Shown here: one piece after another, positions 11,301-22,044 of the stretch | Layout: every line of letters starts with the position of its first letter | Position numbering within the stretch: the first letter of the stretch is position 1 | Assembly: GCA_040235515.1 (NCBI GenBank) | Contig: JBECKX010000105.1 | Location: 1-50,479 of the forward strand | Origin: Candidatus Zixiibacteriota bacterium | Lineage (GTDB): Bacteria; Zixibacteria; MSB-5A5; CAIYYT01 | DNA length: 50,479 nucleotides | Direction: 5' to 3' | Notes under the pieces: generated by a model | The model's database searches: none | What the model was told of the DNA's origin: nothing | Seen by the model: the letters and a program-made list of their open reading frames with translations, nothing else | Translations under genes and position numbers: made by a program

Positions 11301-13392
11301 GGATTCGGGTGATGTGACTCTCGATTCAGTCAGTTATGCGGGTTCGCGCGTCGCCTATATCAGCAGTAAGGTCACCACGATCAACAACGCTCAGCAGCAG
11401 CTTGCGCTCGGTGTACTGCGCGTGCCGCCGGAAGCTCTTATTCCGGCCGGTAGCGGTCTCTGGGCCACCCTGCACTACACGGTTGATCCGGCTGCCTCAC
11501 CGCAGTTCGTCATGATCGATTCAACCTTCATCCCGCCGGGTGTCGAGTTGCTCTTCAATGACGATATGGCTAACGCCATCTATCCGCAGTTCGTGAAGGG
11601 CCAGATCGAAATTCTGCCGGCGCAGGATGTCTGCATCAGCGGTATCGTGAAGGATCCTTCCGGCACTCCGATTCCGGGTGCTACTGTCATCCTGTTCGAC
11701 GATTTCGGAAATCAGGTTGATATGACCACCAGCGACGCCTCAGGATTCTATGAATTCTGCGTCGATGGTTCTATGATGGGTGATCTCTTCCACGTGCGCG
11801 CCTACGGCCCGGGATATTATCCTGGCTCCGAGGATGCGTTCGCTCCTGAAGATGACGCCGATGTCGTTCTTGCGCCGCTCGCACAGGTGGTTCAGCCGAC
11901 CTTCGAGTGGGTTGATCTCTTCTGTGACGGTGGTGCCTATGGCATCGACGGTCCGGTGCTGCCGGGCGACGTAATCGAAGCCTACGATCCTGATGGCGTG
12001 CTTTGCGGCCGTGAGGTCGTGGACCAGGTCGGTACCTTCGGCTTCATGCCGGTCTACGTGGACGATCCGTTCACTCCGGGTATCGACGAAGGTTGCGAGG
12101 TTGGTGATGAAATCACCCTTATGTGGAATGGTAACCCTGTCCTCCTTACCGGTACCCCGAATCCGTTGATCTGGACCGGTAACGGTGATCGCTACTCAGC
12201 CTGCTTCGAGGTTGAGACCCAGGTCACCAAGTGCATCGAACTGCACCAGGGCTGGAACCTGATTTCCTTCAACGTCAGCCTGCCGACCAGTGACATCGAA
12301 GATTTCTTCGCCGATGTCATGGACAACGTCGACGTGATCCTGAGCTTCGAGTCAGTCGCTCAGACCTACGATCCGGATCTGCCGCAGTTCTCGACCCTCT
12401 GGAATGTCGATAACTTCCACGGCTACTGGGTCCGCATGGATGTTGCCGACGAGATCTGCTTCACCGGCGACCTCGTTGATGCGGCCACTCCGATCGAACT
12501 CGAACTCAACTGGAACCTGGTCAGCTACCTGCCGGTCGACCCGATGTCACCTCCGGATGCGCTTGCCTCAATCTGGCAGAGTGTTATCGTGGTGCTCGGT
12601 TACGATGGCGGCGGTTTGACCTATGATCCGGCACATCCTGAGTTGTCCAATCTTGAAGAGATGGCCGAGTGCTTCGGCTACTGGATCAAGACGAACTCTG
12701 CTGGTACCCTGATCTACGAGGGCGTACCGGTGTTCGCAGGTGGTGAGCCTGATGCTACTCAGACACTCGCCAGCTACGTGCCGCGCGTCAATGTCACCAA
12801 CACCTGGGTCAACCTGTATGGTTCAGATGTCACCTTCAACGGCCAGACCCTCAAGGCTGGCGCGGTGATCTCTGCCTACAACGAGGCCGGTGCTCTGATT
12901 GGTGAGACCACGCTTCGTCAGGATGGCAAGTTCGGCTTCATGCCGATCTACGGCCCTGAGAACTTCTCGGCCGACTTCGCCAAGATCGCCAACGCCGGTA
13001 AGGTCAGCTTCAAGGTTGACGGTGTCGATGTCGTACAGACGATCGACTGGACCGCCAATGGTGACCGCATCGAACTGAGCCAGTTCTCGACCGAGAAGGG
13101 CAGCACGCTGCCGACCTCGTTCACGCTGGAGCAGAACTATCCGAACCCGTTCAACCCTGAGACCTCGATCCAGTACACGGTCGCGGCCGCAGGTAATGTC
13201 CGTATCGAGATCTACAACATGCTGGGTCAGAAGATCAGGACCCTGGTTGACGATCAGCACGCCGTCGGTACCTACACCGTCACGTGGCATGGACGGACCG
13301 ATTCGGGCTCGCAGGTAGCCTCTGGTATCTATCTCTATAAGATGGTTGCCGGTGACTACTCAGAAACCCGCAAGATGACGCTGCTGAAGTAA
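8353..13392 (+). CDS. Large secreted scaffoldin-like protein: signal peptide, cohesin-like module, 2 HYR, 3 Ig/cadherin-like repeats, BACON-like, second cohesin-like module, carboxypeptidase-regulatory-like domain, duplicated GFMP domain, T9SS/FlgD-Ig C-terminal domain
   Basis: ATG 8353 follows GGAGG (ORF track start is 8305). Signal peptide ends ...SASA|Q. HYR-type repeats DNTDPQVNCPADI / DTEAPVVTCPDDV; three PPVV(A/S)DIPDQT repeats; C-terminal LEQNYPNPFNPET...GIYLYKM...RKMTLLK. Confidence 0.8.
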   Translation: MSHRPRLAIAAFFLVALASMFTFTGSASAQVDPGYAIRIDCPMEVSAADEGDSIEVKVYYTAAEAVGAFSLGFKVNSPDLDIAGISPGPLLGSWFIPTVLFNPTENTALYGGLTFNPAATIPPATDQYLFSFWVRVPVGVQPQCASIDSIFVAPGGVWNLTTSVGGVTSNKRPDFIACGGEEINVKGGCDAAQNNPPVALCQPITVDADENCQANANIDNGSNDPDGDAITIVQVPAGPYPLGETMVSLIVSDGEFADTCDALVTVNDNTDPQVNCPADIVVGNDAGVCGAVVNFAATATDNCSDPVTIVYSQDPGTEFPIGTTTVTVTATDDAGNSAQCTFDVTVNDTEAPVVTCPDDVTVVAAGGATTAVVNFSLNDPTDNCPGATVSSEPASGTEFALGTTSVTVTAEDAAGNTTQCSFDVTVQAPPVVADIPDQTIDQGGSFAQINLDDFVEDLDNADTEITWSAGLFKSLGEITVDIVDRVATINVTPDFTGSAVFEFTATDPDGNSDSDQATFTVNTPENEPPVVADIPDQTVTSGDPFVQINLDDYVSDPDNADNEISWTSAGANQLTVAIVDRVATITYPGGFTGAETVTFTAADPGGLFDSDQATFTVNAVPNEPPVVSDIPDQTIDSDGAFAFIPLDDYVTDPDNTDEEMTWVANELSNTAGVSVTIDANRVAMPTFTNVGVATFEFVATDPGGLSDADTVTFTVNEALNPDFEVLASPDSIFVPEGTATDFAYNVTVNAIDGFTGDVTLSVSGLPAGVGAAFDTNPVSVPGSSILEGTTADDTPAGVYELEISGATSAKIVDPHVAYVYLVVEEQGCIDPPVPMVSANQFDITITEGENAADEMFYVTNGASCGTLFWQAMSTEAWVSPDPTSGSVDAGVSPGDEVTLSFTTAALEPGDYTAQINVVSVLPGAGKSDEGAAVVINLTVEPMGESADTVYVSSASAYPGGHAAIEINFKNDEELAALSLGLMWDSGDVTLDSVSYAGSRVAYISSKVTTINNAQQQLALGVLRVPPEALIPAGSGLWATLHYTVDPAASPQFVMIDSTFIPPGVELLFNDDMANAIYPQFVKGQIEILPAQDVCISGIVKDPSGTPIPGATVILFDDFGNQVDMTTSDASGFYEFCVDGSMMGDLFHVRAYGPGYYPGSEDAFAPEDDADVVLAPLAQVVQPTFEWVDLFCDGGAYGIDGPVLPGDVIEAYDPDGVLCGREVVDQVGTFGFMPVYVDDPFTPGIDEGCEVGDEITLMWNGNPVLLTGTPNPLIWTGNGDRYSACFEVETQVTKCIELHQGWNLISFNVSLPTSDIEDFFADVMDNVDVILSFESVAQTYDPDLPQFSTLWNVDNFHGYWVRMDVADEICFTGDLVDAATPIELELNWNLVSYLPVDPMSPPDALASIWQSVIVVLGYDGGGLTYDPAHPELSNLEEMAECFGYWIKTNSAGTLIYEGVPVFAGGEPDATQTLASYVPRVNVTNTWVNLYGSDVTFNGQTLKAGAVISAYNEAGALIGETTLRQDGKFGFMPIYGPENFSADFAKIANAGKVSFKVDGVDVVQTIDWTANGDRIELSQFSTEKGSTLPTSFTLEQNYPNPFNPETSIQYTVAAAGNVRIEIYNMLGQKIRTLVDDQHAVGTYTVTWHGRTDSGSQVASGIYLYKMVAGDYSETRKMTLLK

Positions 13393-13430
13393 GCTTCGGC
13401 GCGACATTCTACGGTTTCTAACCGAAATAC

Positions 13431-13474
13431 CTATAAGGTCAGGGACTCTGTGAAGAGCCCCTGACCTGATATAG
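13431..13474 (+). other. Stem-loop in the 3' UTR of the large surface protein gene
   Basis: CTATA-AGGTCAGGG-ACTCT-GTGA-AGAGC-CCCTGACCT-GA-TATAG. Confidence 0.65.
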
Positions 13475-13532
13475 AGGATACAGAAAACCCCTGCAGGTGA
13501 TCGACTTGCAGGGGTTTTCTTGTGTGATCTAC
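13454..13532 (+). repeat. Direct repeat copy 1 (79 bp) flanking the Fic gene
   Basis: AGAGCCCCTGACCTG...TGTGTGATCTAC; matches 14888-14965 with 3 substitutions and 1 indel. Confidence 0.95.
13482..13521. terminator. Intrinsic terminator, likely bidirectional
   Basis: AGAAAACCCCTGCAGGT-GATCG-ACTTGCAGGGGTTTTCTT. Confidence 0.8.
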
Positions 13533-13636
13533 CATCTGTCCCCCTGCTGCGATTAAAAAATGATGGCGTTTTTTTTAATCCTGCATAGATTGTTAAAAAA
13601 CTCTTTAACCAGTCTAAACCTGTGGAAGCCAACTAT

Positions 13637-14800
13637 ATGAAACGTGGTGCCACTGGCTACTACATTGAGTCAGCTGTCAGAGATGAGGTTGTACAGGCAT
13701 TTGTGCCAAACGCACTCCCACCCAAACCGCCATTGAAAATGACCGAAGAACTGCAAGAACTTAACTCTGAAGCGACACTTGCATTGGGTCGCCTGGATGG
13801 GCTGACGGCAATTCTGCCTGATACCTCCCTGTTCTTGTACATGTACATTCGCAAGGAGGCGGTATTGTCGTCACAAATCGAGGGAACACAATCATCCCTG
13901 TCAGAACTCCTGCTGTTTGAACGAGAAGAAATGCCTGGGATTCCGACCTCAGACGTGATCGAGATATCTAACTATGTTGCCGCGATGAAACATGGATTGA
14001 CGAAACTGAAGGAAGGGCTGCCGCTTTCCAGCAGACTCATAAGAGAAATCCACAGCGTGCTGTTATCATCTGGACGTGGGAGCAGCAGTGAGCCAGGCGA
14101 GTTTCGTAGATCGCAGAATTGGATCGGAGGAACGCGTCCAGGAAATGCTCGCTTTGTCCCCCCGCCGCACACTCACGTCATGGAATGCATGGGAGATCTA
14201 GAAAATTTCTTTCACAACATCCCGAGGAGAACGCCGACTCTAATCAAGGCAGCCATGGGGCATGTCCAATTCGAAACAATACATCCATTCCTGGACGGAG
14301 ATGGAAGAGTTGGACGGCTGCTCATTACATTCCTGCTATGCTCAGAGGCGATTCTGAGTGAGCCTATGTTATATCTAAGCTTATACTTCAAATCTCACAG
14401 GGAAGAATATTATGACCTGCTTCAGCGGGTTAGGACAGAGGGAATCTGGGAGGAGTGGATCGCATTCTTCCTTTCAGGAGTAAAGCAAACATCGGACCAG
14501 GCCATATCAACGGCACAGAGGCTGATAGGCCTCTTGAAGCGCGATCGAGCCTTAGTCGAGACTACACCGAAACAATCGAAGTCACTCCTCAGGGTGTTCA
14601 ATTACCTCACGGAAAATCCGATTACAACCGCCTCCAGCGTGGCGTCGCATATTGATGTTTCTTTTCCAACCGCGAATAGCGCTCTAAAATCACTTCAAGG
14701 GTTGGGCATTGTGAAGGAGTTGACAGGCCGCTCACAGAATAGGATTTTTGCATATCAGGAGTATCTGGACATCCTCAATGAAGGTGCAGAACCGCTCTAA
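13637..14800 (+). CDS. Fic family protein (N-terminal Fic_N-type region with class II inhibitory motif, C-terminal HTH)
   Basis: SSQIEGT inhibitory motif, PGEFRRSQNWIGG, HPFLDGDGRVGR Fic motif, C-terminal winged-HTH-like segment; more AT-rich than its flanks. ATG 13637 preferred over GTG 13622. Confidence 0.92.
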   Translation: MKRGATGYYIESAVRDEVVQAFVPNALPPKPPLKMTEELQELNSEATLALGRLDGLTAILPDTSLFLYMYIRKEAVLSSQIEGTQSSLSELLLFEREEMPGIPTSDVIEISNYVAAMKHGLTKLKEGLPLSSRLIREIHSVLLSSGRGSSSEPGEFRRSQNWIGGTRPGNARFVPPPHTHVMECMGDLENFFHNIPRRTPTLIKAAMGHVQFETIHPFLDGDGRVGRLLITFLLCSEAILSEPMLYLSLYFKSHREEYYDLLQRVRTEGIWEEWIAFFLSGVKQTSDQAISTAQRLIGLLKRDRALVETTPKQSKSLLRVFNYLTENPITTASSVASHIDVSFPTANSALKSLQGLGIVKELTGRSQNRIFAYQEYLDILNEGAEPL

Positions 14801-14887
14801 GCAGACTTGACCATTAGTGCAGCGGCCCGGATCATGCGGTGCACTCAAACAAACAGACTTAATCAGAGCCTTGTTCAGATTGAAGCG

Positions 14888-14965
14888 AGAGCCCCTGACC
14901 TGACATAGAGGAAACAGAAGACCCCTGCAGGTGATGACTTGCAGGGGTTTTCTTGTGTGATCTAC
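14888..14965 (+). repeat. Direct repeat copy 2 (78 bp) containing the duplicated terminator
   Basis: Near-identical to 13454-13532; terminator hairpin at 14916-14954. Confidence 0.95.
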
Positions 14966-15136
14966 TTTGTTACTTGAGTTTGCTATAATCGTAATCTCAA
15001 GCCGGAATGCAAGTGGAATTGGGCGGCAGGTCACGTCTCGATTCGTTGTCGCTATTCAAGCCAAGACCTGCCGTAACTCCTGTCAGAATTGATCCTTATC
15101 TGAACCCTGGGTGATTGATTCAGCAAACAGCCCCAC

Positions 15137-16468
15137 CTAACAAGTCGGAGCTGGACCTCCGCCAAAGATGAAGTTGATCAGATGGACCGCATCGCCTATC
15201 GATACTGTCCCGTTGCCGTCTGCATCACCATTACAAGGCGTGGGTCCACCACCGAAGATGTAGTTGATGATGAAGACAGCGTCGCCAATCGAGATCGCAG
15301 TGCTACCGTCGGCATCACCGCAGTCGCAGGTCTGCGCCATCAGCCCGTGCGGGCCGGGAGCAGTAGGGGTAACACCATGACAGACCGTACAGTCACTGAG
15401 AGTGCCGGCATGACCCTGCAAGGCGATGAATTGGACATTGTCACGAGCAACTTCGCTCGGCGCAATTGCATGCGGTTCGCCATGACAGGCACTGCAGAAG
15501 AGTCCGCCATGCCCGCGCGACTCGCGGAACAACTTGCCCGGCTCTTCTGCATAGTTCGCGCCATGACATTGCGTCGCACCGCAGCTCGGCTCCTCCAGCC
15601 ATGGTTCGCGGCCATTGCTGATGCTCTCACCCACCTGGCGTACGCTGCCATGGCAGTCCTGGCAGACCATGCCATGCTCAGACTTCATTACCCCCCGCAA
15701 ACACTGGGTCTGCGATCCGGGATGGCAACGATAACAGTCATTCGTGCGCTCCGCGTGCTGCTTGTGAATCACTTCCGACAGTGACTCCAACCCCGGCTGC
15801 CCGGTTGTTCCCAGCGCATTCGATGAATGACAGCTGGCGCAGAGAATTGGAGTATTGTTGGGATTAAACCCACCCTCGTCCTCATGTTCGTTCAGGATGT
15901 TCAGTTCGCTGCTGTGGCATCCGGAGCTGACACAGCCAATCTCGTTTGACACCGGAACCACCGGCTCTGCGGTTGCCAGCAGCGTGTTTGACTGGTCATA
16001 GAGCTTGAGAAGGCCCAACTGAAACGGGTCTTCATTAACGAGATCGGCATCGACAAATGGCGTAATTGGAATTCCCTCGACATGGAAGTAGTTCTCGATT
16101 GCGGCCATATCTCCCGACAGAGCCGCACCGGTCAATCCGATGTTGTCGGGCAAACTGACACCGAAGAGCTGGTCCTCATAATCCCAGAAATTAGTCTTAC
16201 CCACTGAATAGGTATTGCCGGGAATTTCGTATGTGACGTGCAGACCAGTAGTGACGACCTCCGGCAAGTGGGTTTCATCACCGACTTTAATGGCCTGTGC
16301 TCTGACGTTGTTGTAAGGGGGCAGGACTACGATCCGGGAGAAATCCTTATTGCTGCAGTGCATACCAAGATCATTCCAGCCAATGATTATGTAGTCTTGT
16401 GCGAAAAGCGGCGTCGCGATTGCCAACACAATAGCGGCAAACACGACGAAACACGCCACGTGTCTCAT
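15137..16468 (-). CDS. Secreted multiheme c-type cytochrome (5 CxxCH + 2 CX4CH) with C-terminal dockerin
   Basis: Signal peptide ...PLFA|Q. CxxCH motifs CASCH, CYRCH, CQDCH, CSACH, CTVCH; extended motifs CVSSGCH, CGATQCH. Dockerin CGDADGSTAISIGDAVFIINYIFGGGP / GDADGNGTVSIGDAVHLINFIFGGGPAP. Confidence 0.88.
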   Translation of the reverse strand: MRHVACFVVFAAIVLAIATPLFAQDYIIIGWNDLGMHCSNKDFSRIVVLPPYNNVRAQAIKVGDETHLPEVVTTGLHVTYEIPGNTYSVGKTNFWDYEDQLFGVSLPDNIGLTGAALSGDMAAIENYFHVEGIPITPFVDADLVNEDPFQLGLLKLYDQSNTLLATAEPVVPVSNEIGCVSSGCHSSELNILNEHEDEGGFNPNNTPILCASCHSSNALGTTGQPGLESLSEVIHKQHAERTNDCYRCHPGSQTQCLRGVMKSEHGMVCQDCHGSVRQVGESISNGREPWLEEPSCGATQCHGANYAEEPGKLFRESRGHGGLFCSACHGEPHAIAPSEVARDNVQFIALQGHAGTLSDCTVCHGVTPTAPGPHGLMAQTCDCGDADGSTAISIGDAVFIINYIFGGGPTPCNGDADGNGTVSIGDAVHLINFIFGGGPAPTC

Positions 16469-16511
16469 GATACTATCCTTGTCTTGGGCTTTGAGTTAGA
16501 TTCTGGATTTA

Positions 16512-16539
16512 AGTATACAATATCGATGTTTGCAGTCAA
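16512..16539 (-). promoter_or_regulatory. Sigma70-type promoter for the cytochrome gene
   Basis: Minus strand TTGACT-16 nt-TATACT. Confidence 0.55.
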
Positions 16540-16783
16540 TGACAAATCTCTCCAGTTGTCCAATTTGAATCGGATGCTCACAGATAGGCTTGCCGCGGCT
16601 CACAGCGGCGACCATAGATTGCCGGTGGGTTGTTTTGGTGTCTTGAATTCAGGCAGATATCTTGAAAAAGAGTCAGAGCGTGAGGCCCGCTTTCGGTCTG
16701 GTGTCCGCAGCTTCTCATCTGACAGGGCTGGTGGGGGAATCTAACGATCAGTCCTCCCATGGCAATTTCCCCAACCATAATTG

Positions 16784-16812
16784 TTGACATTATTCAACAG
16801 CAGCGTTATCAT
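16784..16812 (+). promoter_or_regulatory. Sigma70-type promoter of the gatC-kds-pyrG operon
   Basis: TTGACA-17 nt-TATCAT. Confidence 0.7.
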
Positions 16813-16854
16813 TAAGCCCGTGTTTTTTATTCGCCAACACGGGAAAATCCCGAC

Positions 16855-17142
16855 ATGATTAGCCGCGAAGAAGTCCTCAAACTCGCGGAATTAGCGCGTC
16901 TGAGCCTCTCTGAGCCGGAGATCGCTTCGCTCCAGAAAGACCTCGACCAGATGCTGGAGTATGTCAAACAGCTCCAGTCAGTCGATACCGATGGGGTCGA
17001 GCCGATGTCGCATTCGATCGAGTTGAAGAGCGTGATGCGCCCCGATGAGGTCAAGCCATCCCTGCCGGTCGAAGAGGCACTCAAGAACGCCCCGGAGCGC
17101 GTGGATGACTTCTTCAAGGTCCCGAAAGTGATCGACCAATGA
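16855..17142 (+). CDS. gatC: Asp/Glu-tRNA amidotransferase subunit C
   Basis: 95 aa; ISREEVLKLAELARL...LKNAP...FFKVPKVI. Confidence 0.95.
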   Translation: MISREEVLKLAELARLSLSEPEIASLQKDLDQMLEYVKQLQSVDTDGVEPMSHSIELKSVMRPDEVKPSLPVEEALKNAPERVDDFFKVPKVIDQ

Positions 17143-17152
17143 GGACCTGCCT

Positions 17153-19668
<2,516 letters not shown>

Positions 19669-19676
19669 GCCGGAAA

Positions 19677-20477
19677 GTGTTCTCGGTCGGTGATATCACG
19701 ATTGGCGATGGGCACCTTTTCCTGATTGCCGGACCCTGTGTGGTGGAATCGGAGGAGATGATCTTCCAGACCGCCGAACAGTTGCTCGCCCTGTCGCGAA
19801 AGTATCAATTCCCGCTGATCTTCAAAGCGTCCTACCGCAAAGCCAACCGGCTTTCTGGGGAGTCGTTTAGCGGAATCGGAGATCAGGAGGCGCTGGAGAT
19901 ACTCTCCAGGGTTAAAGCGAGACTGGGTCTGCCACTGCTGACTGACATCCACGAACCCTCTGAGGCCGACCCGGCCGCTGAAGTCTGCGACGTTCTTCAG
20001 ATACCCGCGTTTCTGTCGCGACAGACCGACTTGATCACCTCTGCTGCACGCACGGGACGAGCGGTCAACATCAAAAAAGGCCAGTTCCTCGCGCCCGAGG
20101 ATATGGCCCACAGTGCGCAGAAGGTAGTGGATTGCGGCAATGAGAAGGTGATGCTCACCGAACGCGGAACCAGTTTCGGCTACCGCGATCTGATAGTCGA
20201 TTATCGCTCGCTGGTGACGATGCGTCAGACGGGACATCCGGTCATCTTCGATGCCACGCATTCCAACCAGCAGCCCGGCGGCAAGGGGGGAAGCTCAGGC
20301 GGTAATCGGGAATTCATCCACCCTCTGACTCGTGCGGCACTCGCAGTGGGAATCGACGGTCTCTTCTTCGAAACGCATCCCGATCCCGCACACGCCAGGT
20401 CAGATGCTGCCACGCAGATGCCCCTCGATCAAGTTGAATCTTACCTGCAGGAAGTGAAACGCTATGCGGAAGCTTAA
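19677..20477 (+). CDS. kdsA: KDO-8-phosphate synthase
   Basis: IAGPCVVES, KASYRKANR, NIKKGQF, FDATHS, ETHPDP. Confidence 0.96.
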   Translation: MFSVGDITIGDGHLFLIAGPCVVESEEMIFQTAEQLLALSRKYQFPLIFKASYRKANRLSGESFSGIGDQEALEILSRVKARLGLPLLTDIHEPSEADPAAEVCDVLQIPAFLSRQTDLITSAARTGRAVNIKKGQFLAPEDMAHSAQKVVDCGNEKVMLTERGTSFGYRDLIVDYRSLVTMRQTGHPVIFDATHSNQQPGGKGGSSGGNREFIHPLTRAALAVGIDGLFFETHPDPAHARSDAATQMPLDQVESYLQEVKRYAEA

Positions 20478-21027
20478 CCGACCGCTCGAGATCGACGTCA
20501 AAGATCTCAAGATGCTGATCTTCGATGTCGACGGTGTGATGACGAACAACCAGATGATCTTCCTTAAGGGCGATCAGGAAGCCAAAGCCTTCAATGCCTC
20601 CGATGGCTTTGCCATCAAGGCCACAACCGAACGTATCCTCAAATACGCCGTCATCAGCGCGCGGAAATCTGAGGTCACGACCAAGCGTTGCACCGAACTC
20701 GGTGTCGGCGACATCATAATGCAGTGGGATAAACTGGCAGGGCTGCATGAGTTGATGGAAAGGCACGGGCTCTCTGCAAACGAGATCGGCTATCTGGGCA
20801 ATGATGTGCCCGACATCGTCGTGATGGAGCAGGTAGGGCTGGCGGTCTGCGTCGCGGATGCCGAGCCGGAACTGTTGCCATACTCGCATTTTCAAACGAC
20901 GCGCAATGGTGGCAGGGGGGTCTGCCGGGAACTGATCAACTTCGTCCTGAAAGCCAAAGGGATTGACTTGGTGCAGGTATACCGGGAAGGAATTCAAGGT
21001 GGAATCTCAGCGAAGAAAACGAGCTAG
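20464..21027 (+). CDS. kdsC: KDO-8-phosphate phosphatase (HAD family)
   Basis: FDVDGVMT HAD motif, GGRGVCRE; kds context. Confidence 0.9.
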   Translation: MRKLNRPLEIDVKDLKMLIFDVDGVMTNNQMIFLKGDQEAKAFNASDGFAIKATTERILKYAVISARKSEVTTKRCTELGVGDIIMQWDKLAGLHELMERHGLSANEIGYLGNDVPDIVVMEQVGLAVCVADAEPELLPYSHFQTTRNGGRGVCRELINFVLKAKGIDLVQVYREGIQGGISAKKTS

Positions 21028-21967
21028 GGAAGTCCTGCAGCACGAGGCCGATTGCGTATACGCCCTGGTCGACCGTCTCACCGACGCGTTTGACCGCGCG
21101 GTCGACGCGATTATCAACTGTAAGGGAAAGCTGATCGTCACCGGTCTCGGCAAATCAGGGTTGGTCGGGCGCAAGCTGGTGGCGACTTTTAACTCGACCG
21201 GAACACCGGCGATCTTTCTGCACCCCACCGAGGGTTTGCACGGCGATCTCGGCTTGCTGCAAAAAGACGATCTGGTGCTGGCGATTTCCAAATCGGGCAA
21301 CCTCGACGAGATCGAGCGCTTCTACCCTGTCATCGAACGGCTCGGACTCGACATGATTTCCATCACCGGCAACATGGACTCGCCGCTGGCACAAAAGAGC
21401 AAGATTGCGCTCGATGCCACGGTACCGAGCGAGGCATGCATCCATAATCTCGCCCCGACCGCCAGTTCGACCGCAGCCATCGCTCTCGGAGATGCGCTGG
21501 CCCTGGTTGTGCAGGAGGAGCGGGGGTTTACAGCAGAGGATTTCTCGTTGCTCCATCCCGGCGGAACCCTCGGTCGCAAACTGACGACAAAGATCAAAGA
21601 CCTGATGCATTCGGGCGACGATCTTCCAATCGTCACAAGCGATACCCTGGTCAAAGAGATGCTCGTGACCGTTACCAACAAACGGCTCGGAACCGCCCTG
21701 ATCGTCGATGCGGATGGACGGCTGACAGGTCTCTTTACCGACGGCGACCTCAGGCGCCTCGTCAACCGTGGCGGCAATTTCCTCACCCTCTCGGCAAACG
21801 ATGTCATGACCCCCAACCCCAAATTGATCGGCGCCGATGAACTCGCCGAACGGGGCTTGAAGATTATGGAGGATCACCAGATCACCGCATTGGTGGTCGT
21901 CGATGACCGGCACCGCCCGGTTGGAATGGTCCATATCCACGATATCCTGAAAAGTAAGATCGTCTAG
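20999..21967 (+). CDS. kdsD: Arabinose-5-phosphate isomerase (KpsF/GutQ family; SIS + 2 CBS)
   Basis: GLGKSG, EGLHGDLG, APTASSTA, LHPGGTLG, CBS pair. GTG 20999 after GGAAGGA preferred over TTG 20963. Confidence 0.94.
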   Translation: MESQRRKRAREVLQHEADCVYALVDRLTDAFDRAVDAIINCKGKLIVTGLGKSGLVGRKLVATFNSTGTPAIFLHPTEGLHGDLGLLQKDDLVLAISKSGNLDEIERFYPVIERLGLDMISITGNMDSPLAQKSKIALDATVPSEACIHNLAPTASSTAAIALGDALALVVQEERGFTAEDFSLLHPGGTLGRKLTTKIKDLMHSGDDLPIVTSDTLVKEMLVTVTNKRLGTALIVDADGRLTGLFTDGDLRRLVNRGGNFLTLSANDVMTPNPKLIGADELAERGLKIMEDHQITALVVVDDRHRPVGMVHIHDILKSKIV

Positions 21968-22009
21968 CCACTGCAGCCCGTTTCGCACTCCCACAGAATT
22001 AGTTTTTCA

Positions 22010-22038
22010 CTGACAGCGGCAGTCTCAAGCTGTATAAT
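22010..22038 (+). promoter_or_regulatory. Internal sigma70-type promoter upstream of lptC
   Basis: CTGACA-17 nt-TATAAT. Confidence 0.65.
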
Positions 22039-22044
22039 CTGGTG

